From the NCBI GenBank assembly GCA_963834325.1, contig CAWIBL010000012.1, positions 2,501,612-2,565,611 on the forward strand: a stretch of DNA of 64,000 bases, read 5' to 3'. The position numbers were made by a program, and so were the translations under genes. A model generated the notes under the pieces. The model saw only the letters and a program-made list of their open reading frames with translations. It had not been told where the DNA came from and did no database searches. The stretch comes from an uncultured Acidobacteriota bacterium (lineage in GTDB: Bacteria > Acidobacteriota > Vicinamibacteria > Vicinamibacterales > UBA2999). Below are positions 56,991-64,000 of this stretch, in pieces. Each line of letters opens with the position of its first letter. Position 1 is the stretch's first letter.

Positions 56991-58340
56991 ATGGACCCAC
57001 TGATTTCGCTCGAACAGCAGACCCTGGCTGCCTACCTGGCGCGGACGCCGGCCTCGTGCGCCCTCTACCAGCGCGCCGAGCGCGTCATGCCGGGCGGCGA
57101 CACCAGGACGGGCACGTTCCACCGGCCCTATCCGCTGTTCATCGCCCGCGGCGCCGGAACGCGGCTCTTCGACGCCGACGGCCACGCCTACCTCGACCTC
57201 CTCAACAACTTCACCTCGCTCGTGCACGGGCACGGCCATCCGGCGGTAGTCGACGCCATGGCCCGGCAGGAAGGGCAGGGCACCGCGCACGGCACCGCCA
57301 ATGCGCTGCAGGTCGAACTGGCCGAGAGGCTGTGCGCGCGCGTGCCCTCGGTGGAGCGGCTGCGCTTCTGCAACTCGGGCACCGAGGCCACCCTCGGCGC
57401 CCTGCGCGCCGCCAAGGCCTTCACCGGCCGGCCGCGCATCCTCAAGATGGCCGGCGGCTATCACGGCTCGCACGACCAGGCCGCCATTGGCGCCTCGCCG
57501 CCGTTCGACGGGCCGCGGCCGAGCGGCGTGTCGCCCGGCGCCGCCGGCGAGGTGGTGCTCGGCCGCTTCAACGATCTGGCCTTTACCTCGGACCTGGTGC
57601 GGCGCCATCGCCACGAGCTGGCCGCCGTGATCGTGGAGCCGATGCTCGGCTCGGGCGCCCTGCTCGCCGAGCGCGAGTTCCTCCACGGGCTGCGCGCGGT
57701 CACGGCCGAGTGCGGGGTGCTGCTCATCCTCGACGAGATCATCACGTTCCGCCTGGCCGTCGGCGGTCTGCAGCAGGTCTTCGGGGTCACGCCCGACCTC
57801 ACGACCTTCGGCAAGATCATCGGCGGCGGGCTGCCCGTCGGCGCTTTCGGCGGCCGCGCCGAGGTGATGGCCACCTACGACCCGACCCGGCCCGGCGCCA
57901 TCGCCCATTCGGGCACGTTCAACGGCAACGCCGCCACCATGGCCGCCGGCCTGGCCACCCTCGCCCGCTACGATCACACGGTCGTGTCCGGCCTGAACGC
58001 CGCCGGCGACGCCTTCCGGGCGCGCCTGAACGATCTGGCGCAGGCGGCCGGCCTCGACGCCGTCGTCGTCGGCTACGGCTCGCTCATGCAGCTGCACTTC
58101 AGGGCCGCCGCGCCGCGGACCCCGGAGGAGGCCGCCACCGGGGACGGGCGGCTCGTGAAGCTGATGCACCTGGCGCTGCTCACCCGCGGGCTCTTCACCG
58201 CCACGCGCGGGCTGATGGTGTTGTCCACGCCGATGCGGGCCGCCGATCTCGACCTGGCCGCCGACCGGATCGCCGAGGCGCTGGCGGCCGTGGCCGCGGC
58301 CCGCGCCGACGCCGCGACTCGCCGGATGAGCCATCTCTGA
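56991..58340 (+). CDS. Class-III PLP-dependent aminotransferase (glutamate-1-semialdehyde aminomutase-like)
   Basis: Intact 449-aa ORF with ...FCNSGTEATLGALRAAKAFTGR...ILDEIITFR...TFGKIIGGGLPVGAFGG.... Confidence 0.85.
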   Translation: MDPLISLEQQTLAAYLARTPASCALYQRAERVMPGGDTRTGTFHRPYPLFIARGAGTRLFDADGHAYLDLLNNFTSLVHGHGHPAVVDAMARQEGQGTAHGTANALQVELAERLCARVPSVERLRFCNSGTEATLGALRAAKAFTGRPRILKMAGGYHGSHDQAAIGASPPFDGPRPSGVSPGAAGEVVLGRFNDLAFTSDLVRRHRHELAAVIVEPMLGSGALLAEREFLHGLRAVTAECGVLLILDEIITFRLAVGGLQQVFGVTPDLTTFGKIIGGGLPVGAFGGRAEVMATYDPTRPGAIAHSGTFNGNAATMAAGLATLARYDHTVVSGLNAAGDAFRARLNDLAQAAGLDAVVVGYGSLMQLHFRAAAPRTPEEAATGDGRLVKLMHLALLTRGLFTATRGLMVLSTPMRAADLDLAADRIAEALAAVAAARADAATRRMSHL

Positions 58341-58359
58341 TACGCTTCCCGCGCAAAGG

Positions 58360-59650
58360 TTGCCAGTGCCGAACCCGTCCCCCGTCAAGCCCGCTCCGTC
58401 TTTCAGTTTCCTCAAGCTCGCCGGCCCCGGCCTGGTCGTGGCCGCCACCGGCATCGGGTCGGGCGACGTCGTCTCGGCCACCGTCGGCGGCGCCCGCTAC
58501 GGCGTGGTCCTCCTCTGGGCCATCCTGCTCGGCGCCTTCTTCAAGTTCGTCCTCAGCGAAGGCATCGCCCGCTGGCAGCTGGCCACCGGCACCACGGTGA
58601 TCGAGGGCTGGGCCGCGCACCTGCCGGCGTGGGTCAAGTTCTACTTCGGCATCTACCTGGTGCTGTGGACCATCGCCGTCAGCGCGGCCCTCACCAACGC
58701 CTGCGGCCTGGGCCTGTCGAATCTCACCGGCGGCGCCATTCCGCAGTCGTGGGGCGCGGTGGGACACAGCCTGGTTGGCTTCGCCTTCGTCTACTTCGGC
58801 GGCTACGGCAAGTTCGAGAAGCTGATGAAGGTGCTGGTCGGCGTCATGGGCTTCAGCATCCTGGTGTGCGCGATGCTGACGCTGACCAACGTCGGCGCCT
58901 CGGTGCAGGGGCTCTTCATCCCGACCATTCCCGCCGGCAGCGGCACCTACGTGCTGTCGCTCATCGGCGGCATTGGCGGCTCGGTGACGATGCTCTCCTA
59001 CAACTACTGGATGCGCGAGGAAGGCATGCGCGGCAGCGGATACCTGAGCTACGTGCGCGGCGACGTCGGCGTGGCCTACGTCTTCACGGCGGTGTTCGGC
59101 ATCTCGATCATGCTGATTGCCAACACCGCGTTCTTCCTGCCGGGCGTGGCAGATCACCGACAGCCAGGCGGTGCCGAAGATGGCCTCGACCCTGGGCACC
59201 ATCCTCGGCCCCTTCGGCGTATGGGCCTACTCGGTGGGCTTCTGGGCGGCGGTGTTTGCGTCGCTGCTCGGCGTGTGGCAGAGCGTGCCGTATCTCTACG
59301 CCGACATCTACGGCGTGATGACCGGCCTGTCGCTCGAGGCCCGCCGCGAGGTCACCAAGGTGACCAGCCGCCCTTATCGCCTGGCGCTCTTCTTCATCAC
59401 GCTGGTGCCGCTGCCGCTCGCCTTCACCGGCGCGCCGCTGCTCGTGATCGTCACCTACACGGTGATCGGCAGCCTGTTCGTGCCGTTCCTGGCGGCGACG
59501 CTGCTCTACCTGAACAACCGCGTCGCCTGGACCGAGGACGTCCCGAAGAACGCGCTGACGACCAACCTGCTGCTCGTCGCCATTCTGGTGCTGTTCGTGG
59601 CCGTGGGCGCGCAGGAAGCCATGGGCGCCCTGCGCCGCATCATGAGCTAA
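58360..59650 (+). pseudogene. mntH: Nramp family divalent-metal transporter; one frame break
   Basis: ...GPGLVVAATGIGSGDVVSATVGGARYG...LIGGIGGSVTMLSYNYW...LIANTAFFLPG continues as QITDSQAVPKMASTLGTILGPFGVWAYSVGFWAAVFASLLG... (ORF 59117..59650). The jump is at GTGGCA, about 59148. Start at TTG 58360 or GTG 58366. Confidence 0.8.
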
Positions 59651-59743
59651 CCATTTGTAACGGGGCCTGTCACCGTTACAACTTTCCCCGTGGCAGTTTC
59701 TGCGACGCTGTCGGGCGACGCGGCCGGGCCGCGTTCCCCGCGT

Positions 59744-59749
59744 TATAGT
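59744..59749 (+). promoter_or_regulatory. Candidate -10 box TATAGT close to the glcD start
   Basis: In cgttatagtgacccggtcATG the hexamer ends 9 nt before ATG 59759. No SD is seen. Confidence 0.25.
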
Positions 59750-59758
59750 GACCCGGTC

Positions 59759-61138
59759 ATGGCCGACGTGCTCGCCGCCCTCGCCGCGATCTATCCCCCC
59801 GATCGGCTGCTGACGCGGGCCGCCTCGCTCGCCTCCTACGAGAGCGACGGCTTGACCGCCTTCCGCACGCGGCCCCTGGCCGTGGTGCTGGCCGAGTCGA
59901 AAGCCGACGTCGTGGCCACGGTGCAGCTCTGTCATGCGGCCGGCGTGCCGTTTGTGGCGCGCGGTTCGGGCACCAGCCTGTCGGGCGGATCGGTGCCGCT
60001 TGCCGACGGCGTGGTCATCGCCCTCAACCGGATGAACCGCATCCTGCGGCTGGACCCGGTCGACCGCCTTGCGGTCGTGGAACCGGGCGTCATCAACCTC
60101 GACATCTCGGCCGCCGCTGAACCGCACGGGCTCTACTACGCGCCCGATCCGTCGAGCCAGTCGGTGTGCACCATCGGCGGCAACGTGGCCTTCAACTCCG
60201 GCGGCGCGCACTGCTTCCGCCACGGCATGACGGCCAACCACGTGCTCGGCCTCGAGGCCGTGCTGCCCGACGGCGAGATCGTGCGCCTCGGCGGCGACGG
60301 CGCCGAGGACGCCGGCCCCGACCTCACCGGCCTGTTCGTCGGCTCCGAAGGGCTCTTCGGCGTGGCCCTGGAGATCACCGTGCGCCTCATCCCGCGACCG
60401 GAGGCGTATCGCACGGTGCTGGCCTCCTACGCCTCGCTGCAGGCGGCCGGAGACGCGGTGACGCGGATCATCGCGGCGGGCCTGCTGCCCGGGGCCATGG
60501 AGATCATGGACCGCCTGGCCATCGAGGCCGCCGAAGCGGCCGTGCACGCCGGCTATCCGCGCGAGGCCGCGGCGGTGCTGCTCGTCGAGCTCGAGGGCGA
60601 ACAGGCCCAGGCCGAGGCCGAACTGGCGCGCCTGCGCGCGGTGCTCGACGCGTCCGGGCCAACCCACGTCCGCGTGGCGCAGGACGCCGACGAGCGGGCG
60701 CTGCTCTGGAAGGGCCGCAAGTGCGCCTTCTCCGCCGTGGGCCGGCTGAGCCCCGACTTCATCGTGCAGGACGGGGTGGTGCCGCGCACCCGGCTGGGCG
60801 ACGCGCTCGTGGCCATCGAGGCCCTCTCGGCCCGGCACGGCATCCGCGTGGCCAACGTGTTCCACGCCGGCGACGGCAACCTGCACCCGCTCATCCTCTA
60901 CGACGGACGCGAGCCCGGCGCGCTCGAGCGGGCCGAGGCCATCGCCACCGACATCCTCCGCCTGTGCATCCGCCTGGGCGGCTCGATCACCGGCGAGCAC
61001 GGCGTGGGCCTCGAGAAGCGCGCCTTCCTGCCCGAGATGTACAGCGCCGAGGACATGGCCTTCATGCAGCGGCTGCGCGGCGCGGTCGACGGCCGGGCGC
61101 TGGCCAACCGCGGCAAGATGCTCGAGGTGCCGGCATGA
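59759..61138 (+). CDS. glcD: FAD-linked oxidase, glycolate oxidase subunit GlcD-like (D-2-hydroxyacid dehydrogenase)
   Basis: I chose [18 protein letters not shown].... It has ...[15 protein letters not shown]...[12 protein letters not shown]...[12 protein letters not shown].... Confidence 0.85.
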   Translation: MADVLAALAAIYPPDRLLTRAASLASYESDGLTAFRTRPLAVVLAESKADVVATVQLCHAAGVPFVARGSGTSLSGGSVPLADGVVIALNRMNRILRLDPVDRLAVVEPGVINLDISAAAEPHGLYYAPDPSSQSVCTIGGNVAFNSGGAHCFRHGMTANHVLGLEAVLPDGEIVRLGGDGAEDAGPDLTGLFVGSEGLFGVALEITVRLIPRPEAYRTVLASYASLQAAGDAVTRIIAAGLLPGAMEIMDRLAIEAAEAAVHAGYPREAAAVLLVELEGEQAQAEAELARLRAVLDASGPTHVRVAQDADERALLWKGRKCAFSAVGRLSPDFIVQDGVVPRTRLGDALVAIEALSARHGIRVANVFHAGDGNLHPLILYDGREPGALERAEAIATDILRLCIRLGGSITGEHGVGLEKRAFLPEMYSAEDMAFMQRLRGAVDGRALANRGKMLEVPA

Positions 61139-62211
61139 CCCTGGCCCCCACCTCGCTCGACGCGCTGCAGGACGCGCTGGCCACCTCGCGCCCCGGGCCG
61201 ATCCGCATCGCCGGCGCCGGCACGAAGAGGCCGGGGGTCGACGACGGCGCCTCCCGCCTCGACTTGCGCGGCCTCCGCGGCATCGCCGCCTACGACCCGG
61301 CCGAGTGCGTGCTCACGGCGCTGGCCGGGACGCCGGTGGCCGAGATCGACGCCGCGCTCGCCGCCCACCGGCAGTACCTGCCGTTCGACCCGACCCACGT
61401 CCTGGCCGGCGGCACCATCGGCGGCACCGTCGCCTCCGGCCTGAGCGGCTCGGGCCGCTACCGCTACGGCGGCGTGCGCGATTTCATCATCGGCGCGCGT
61501 CTCGTCGACGGCCACGGCCGGCTCATTGCCAGCGGCGGCCAGGTGGTGAAGAACGCCGCGGGCTTCCTGACCCACCACGCGCTCGTCGGCAGCGCCGGCC
61601 GGCTCGGGGCGATCGCGGAAACCACGTTCAAGGTCTTCCCGCAGCCCGAGGCCCGGGCCACGCTGCGCGCGCCCTGCGCTTCCCCGGACGACGCCGTCGG
61701 CGCCCACGAACGGCTGCGCGCCACCGCCATGGACCTCGACGCGCTCGACCTCGAGATGGCGGCCGACGGCGGCGCCGTCGTGTGGGTGCGGCTGGCCGGC
61801 GCGGCCGACGCGCTGGCGGCGCGGGTCACCCGGGCGCAGGCGCTGCTGGCGCGCGCCGCCGCGGTGCTCGTCGACGACGAGGACGCGCGGGTGTGGCGCG
61901 AGGCGGCGGAGTTCACCTGGGCGGCCGGCGCGTCATCCATCGTCAAGGTCCCGACGACGCCGTCGCGGGCGCTGGCGGTCGTCGCGGCGCTCGCCGCTTT
62001 CGGCCCGCGCCGCGTGCAGTGCGGCGGCGCCGTCACCTTGCTGGCCACCAACCACCCGCTCGACGCGGTGCACACGGCGCTCGCCCATCACGGCTGGCGC
62101 GGCGTGGTGGCGAGCGGCGCGGCGCACGGGCGTCTGCTGGGCGCGGCTGCGCCCAACGCCTTTGCCGACCGCGTGCGCCTGGCGCTGGATCCCGATCTGC
62201 GGTTCCACTGA
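61135..62211 (+). CDS. glcE: Glycolate oxidase FAD-binding subunit GlcE-like
   Basis: ATG 61135 overlaps the glcD stop (ATGA). The 358-aa product has ...[11 protein letters not shown]...[34 protein letters not shown]...VVKNAAGF.... Confidence 0.8.
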   Translation: MTLAPTSLDALQDALATSRPGPIRIAGAGTKRPGVDDGASRLDLRGLRGIAAYDPAECVLTALAGTPVAEIDAALAAHRQYLPFDPTHVLAGGTIGGTVASGLSGSGRYRYGGVRDFIIGARLVDGHGRLIASGGQVVKNAAGFLTHHALVGSAGRLGAIAETTFKVFPQPEARATLRAPCASPDDAVGAHERLRATAMDLDALDLEMAADGGAVVWVRLAGAADALAARVTRAQALLARAAAVLVDDEDARVWREAAEFTWAAGASSIVKVPTTPSRALAVVAALAAFGPRRVQCGGAVTLLATNHPLDAVHTALAHHGWRGVVASGAAHGRLLGAAAPNAFADRVRLALDPDLRFH

Positions 62212-62222
62212 TTGCACCGACC

Positions 62223-63449
62223 ATGCAGCACCGGATACCGCTCGACGATCCCGGCAGCGCCGCCCACAGGATGGCCCAGGCGGTGTCGTCGTGCGTGCAC
62301 TGCGGCTTCTGCCTGCCGGCCTGTCCGACCTACCGCGTGCTCGGCGAGGAGATGGATTCGCCCCGCGGCCGCATCGTGCTGATGAAGGAAGTGCTCGAAG
62401 GCGGCCTCGCTCTCGACGAGGCAGCCCCCCATCTCGACCGCTGCCTGGGCTGCCTGGCGTGCGAGACGGCGTGTCCCTCGGGCGTGCGCTACCGCGACCT
62501 CATCGAGCCGTTCCGCGCCCGCCTGGTCGACCAGCGCTCGCCGTGGGCCCGCCTGCGTCTACAGGGGCTGCTGCGCGTGATGGAATCGCCCACGCTCTTC
62601 CGCGCCGCCGCCCGGGCCGGAGTCGCGGCCCGGCCGTTCTCGGCGCTCGCCCCCGCAGGGGCGGCCACCATGCTCGGCCTGCTGCCCGCGGCGCTGCCCC
62701 CGCGCTCGACCGTGCCCGCGCTCACGCCCGCCCGCGGGCCCCGGCGCGGCCGGGTGGCGCTCATGACCGGCTGCGTGCAGAGCGTGCTGCGGCCCGGGAT
62801 CACCGAGGCCGCGGTGCGGGTGCTGGCCGCGCAGGGGGTGGAGGTGGCCGTGCCGCCGGATCAGGGCTGCTGCGGGGCGCTGGCCTGTCACGTCGGCGAC
62901 CTGACCCGCGGCCTGGCGCTGGCCGATGCCCATCGCGCGCACTTCCCGCCTGACGTCGACGCCGTGCTGGCCACGGCCGCCGGCTGCGGGTCGGCGATGA
63001 AGGACCACCATCGGGGCGGCCCGCCCGTCCTCGACGTGCTCGAATACCTCGATCGACTCGGACTCGTCGGCAGTCCGCGGCTGGCGGCGCCGGCGCGGGT
63101 CGCCTACCAGGACGCCTGCCACCTCGCCCACGCGCAGCAGGTCACCAGTGCCCCGCGACGGCTGCTCCAGCGCGTCAGCGGGCTCACGCTGGCGCCGATC
63201 GCGGAAAGCGGCATCTGCTGCGGCTCGGCCGGGCTCTACAACATCGAGCAGCCGGGGCTCGCCGCCGAGCTGGGCGCCCGCAAGGCCGCGGCCTTGCGCG
63301 AGTCGGGGGCGGACCTGGTCGCCACCGCCAACATCGGCTGCCTGACGCAGATGCAGGCCTCACTCGGTCGCAGCGGCGCGACCCTGCCGGTGCAGCACGT
63401 CATCGAGGTGCTGGACATGGCGTCTCACCGGGATACCGGGCCACAATAG
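62223..63449 (+). CDS. glcF: Glycolate oxidase iron-sulfur subunit GlcF-like
   Basis: It has CVHCGFCLPACPTY and CLGCLACETACPSGV (2x[4Fe-4S] motifs) and two CCG-type domains (...GCCGAL..., ...ICCGSAGLYN...). Confidence 0.85.
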   Translation: MQHRIPLDDPGSAAHRMAQAVSSCVHCGFCLPACPTYRVLGEEMDSPRGRIVLMKEVLEGGLALDEAAPHLDRCLGCLACETACPSGVRYRDLIEPFRARLVDQRSPWARLRLQGLLRVMESPTLFRAAARAGVAARPFSALAPAGAATMLGLLPAALPPRSTVPALTPARGPRRGRVALMTGCVQSVLRPGITEAAVRVLAAQGVEVAVPPDQGCCGALACHVGDLTRGLALADAHRAHFPPDVDAVLATAAGCGSAMKDHHRGGPPVLDVLEYLDRLGLVGSPRLAAPARVAYQDACHLAHAQQVTSAPRRLLQRVSGLTLAPIAESGICCGSAGLYNIEQPGLAAELGARKAAALRESGADLVATANIGCLTQMQASLGRSGATLPVQHVIEVLDMASHRDTGPQ

Positions 63450-63459
63450 GCCACCCCCC

Positions 63460-64000
63460 ATGCGAGTACAGCTCGATTACGGCAGCGACGGACTCAGCGT
63501 CGACCTCCCGGAAGAACGCACGGTGGTCGTGACGCCGCGGCACGTGGTGGCCTTGAGCGACCCCGAGGCGGCCCTGCGCGAGGCCCTGCGCCACCCCACC
63601 GCCGGGCCGCCGCTGGCCTCGCTGGTGACGGCCGGCGACACGGTGGCCATCTCGGTGTGCGACATCACCCGGGCCCAGCCGCGGGCGCTCATGCTGCAGG
63701 CGATCTTCGCCGAGCTGCCGCAGCTCGATCCAGCCCACGTCACCATCCTGATTGCCACCGGCACGCACCGCGCCAACACCCGCGACGAACTCGTGGCCAT
63801 GCTCGGCGCCGACATCGTCGACCGCTACGCCGTGGTCAACCACGACAGCCGCGATCCCGAAGCCCTGGTCAGCGCCGGCACGACCGGCTCGGGCGTGCCG
63901 ATCTGGTTGAACCGGCGCTGGCTCGAGGCCACGGTGCGCATCACCACCGGCTTTGTCGAGCCGCATTTCTTCGCCGGCTTCAGCGGCGGCCCCAAGATGG
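63460..64000 (+). CDS. larA: LarA-family nickel-dependent 2-hydroxyacid (lactate) racemase, N-terminal part; continues past the window
   Basis: ATG 63460 lies 10 nt after the glcF stop. The sequence is MRVQLDYGSDGLSVDLPE...ISVCDITRAQP...ILIATGTHRANT...ITTGFVEPHFFAGFSGGPKM.... It is missing from the ORF track because it runs off the edge. Confidence 0.8.
   Translation, partial: MRVQLDYGSDGLSVDLPEERTVVVTPRHVVALSDPEAALREALRHPTAGPPLASLVTAGDTVAISVCDITRAQPRALMLQAIFAELPQLDPAHVTILIATGTHRANTRDELVAMLGADIVDRYAVVNHDSRDPEALVSAGTTGSGVPIWLNRRWLEATVRITTGFVEPHFFAGFSGGPKM

Noticed and set aside
38701-61000. Long antisense ORFs: 38701..40404(-), 43324..44763(-), 47184..49223(-), 52106..54529(+), 56919..58481(-), 59108..61000(-) and 60166..62211(+, upstream part)
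   Set aside because: The reasoning is the same. They lie opposite lhr, the FN3 gene, the methyltransferase and RluA genes, the NHL gene, the aminotransferase, the Nramp gene and glcD. They show no recognisable domains.
1-64000. Programmed ribosomal frameshifting or transcriptional slippage as the cause of the frame breaks
   Set aside because: There is no shared slippery motif and no downstream structure. The contexts are heterogeneous. Up to 7 breaks occur in a 165-codon gene and 12 in lhr. No known bacterial recoding system works at that density, and known recoding genes such as prfB and dnaX are not involved.
1-64000. Genuine genome decay (mass pseudogenisation)
   Set aside because: This is not fully excluded but is judged unlikely. 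The breaks hit alr, ispE, purH, rplY and nuoL/M. The proteins are otherwise perfectly conserved, with no premature stops, substitution decay or deletions. In addition, 47 of 50 events are of the same one-extra-base kind, which is not the mutational spectrum expected for decay.
1-64000. CRISPR arrays, insertion sequences, integrases, prophage or defence-island genes
   Set aside because: I saw no direct-repeat/spacer periodicity, and no transposase, integrase or recombinase-like translations in any frame. There is no compositional break. tRNA-Gln at 9733-9807 sits in a conserved ispE-prs context with no integrase nearby.

Overview
Very GC-rich bacterial chromosomal segment. GC content and taxonomy were not computed. 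The gene content suggests a diderm: LPS-core genes, outer-membrane beta-barrels and a Lol-like lipoprotein. It reads as core genome, not an island. I saw no transposase, integrase, phage gene, CRISPR array or rRNA.

Gene order, left to right:
- B3/4-domain gene (partial), dedA-family gene, plsC-radA, alr-dnaB, rplI-rpsR-rpsF, pth-rplY-prs, tRNA-Gln(UUG).
- ispE, a LolB-like lipoprotein and a TPR protein.
- An LPS-core block: YcaR/Trm112-like protein, GT9 heptosyltransferase, O-antigen-ligase family protein and heptose-7-P kinase.
- purH, cspA with a structured leader, two unknown genes and selA.
- A 12.4-kb minus-strand nuo cluster ordered A-B-C-[gmhA-like]-D-EF(fused)-H-J-K-L-M-N, with no nuoG and no nuoI.
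- A GT1 glycosyltransferase, lhr-nei, a CheY-like receiver plus fdhD, yajQ, a secreted FN3 protein and an SDR.
- A Tat-signal Zn-ribbon mini-protein with OsmC and a truncated globin.
- An RlmI-like methyltransferase plus an RluA-family synthase, a PaaI thioesterase, a long HupE/UreJ-like protein and an NHL propeller.
- A MaoC-type hydratase pair, cytochrome c, outer-membrane proteins, an FmdB Zn ribbon, a class-III aminotransferase, an Nramp transporter, glcDEF and larA (partial).

Eleven gene junctions are 4-nt ATGA/GTGA stop-start overlaps.

The strongest signal that ordinary annotation does not explain is about 50 reading-frame breaks in 23 genes. Of these, 47 behave like one extra base. 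They are clustered and they hit essential genes, so an insertion-biased consensus error (or introduced indels) is more likely than real gene decay.

Most very long ORFs in the supplied track are out-of-frame or antisense artefacts of GC richness. All functional calls come from motif recognition by eye. No database search was run.
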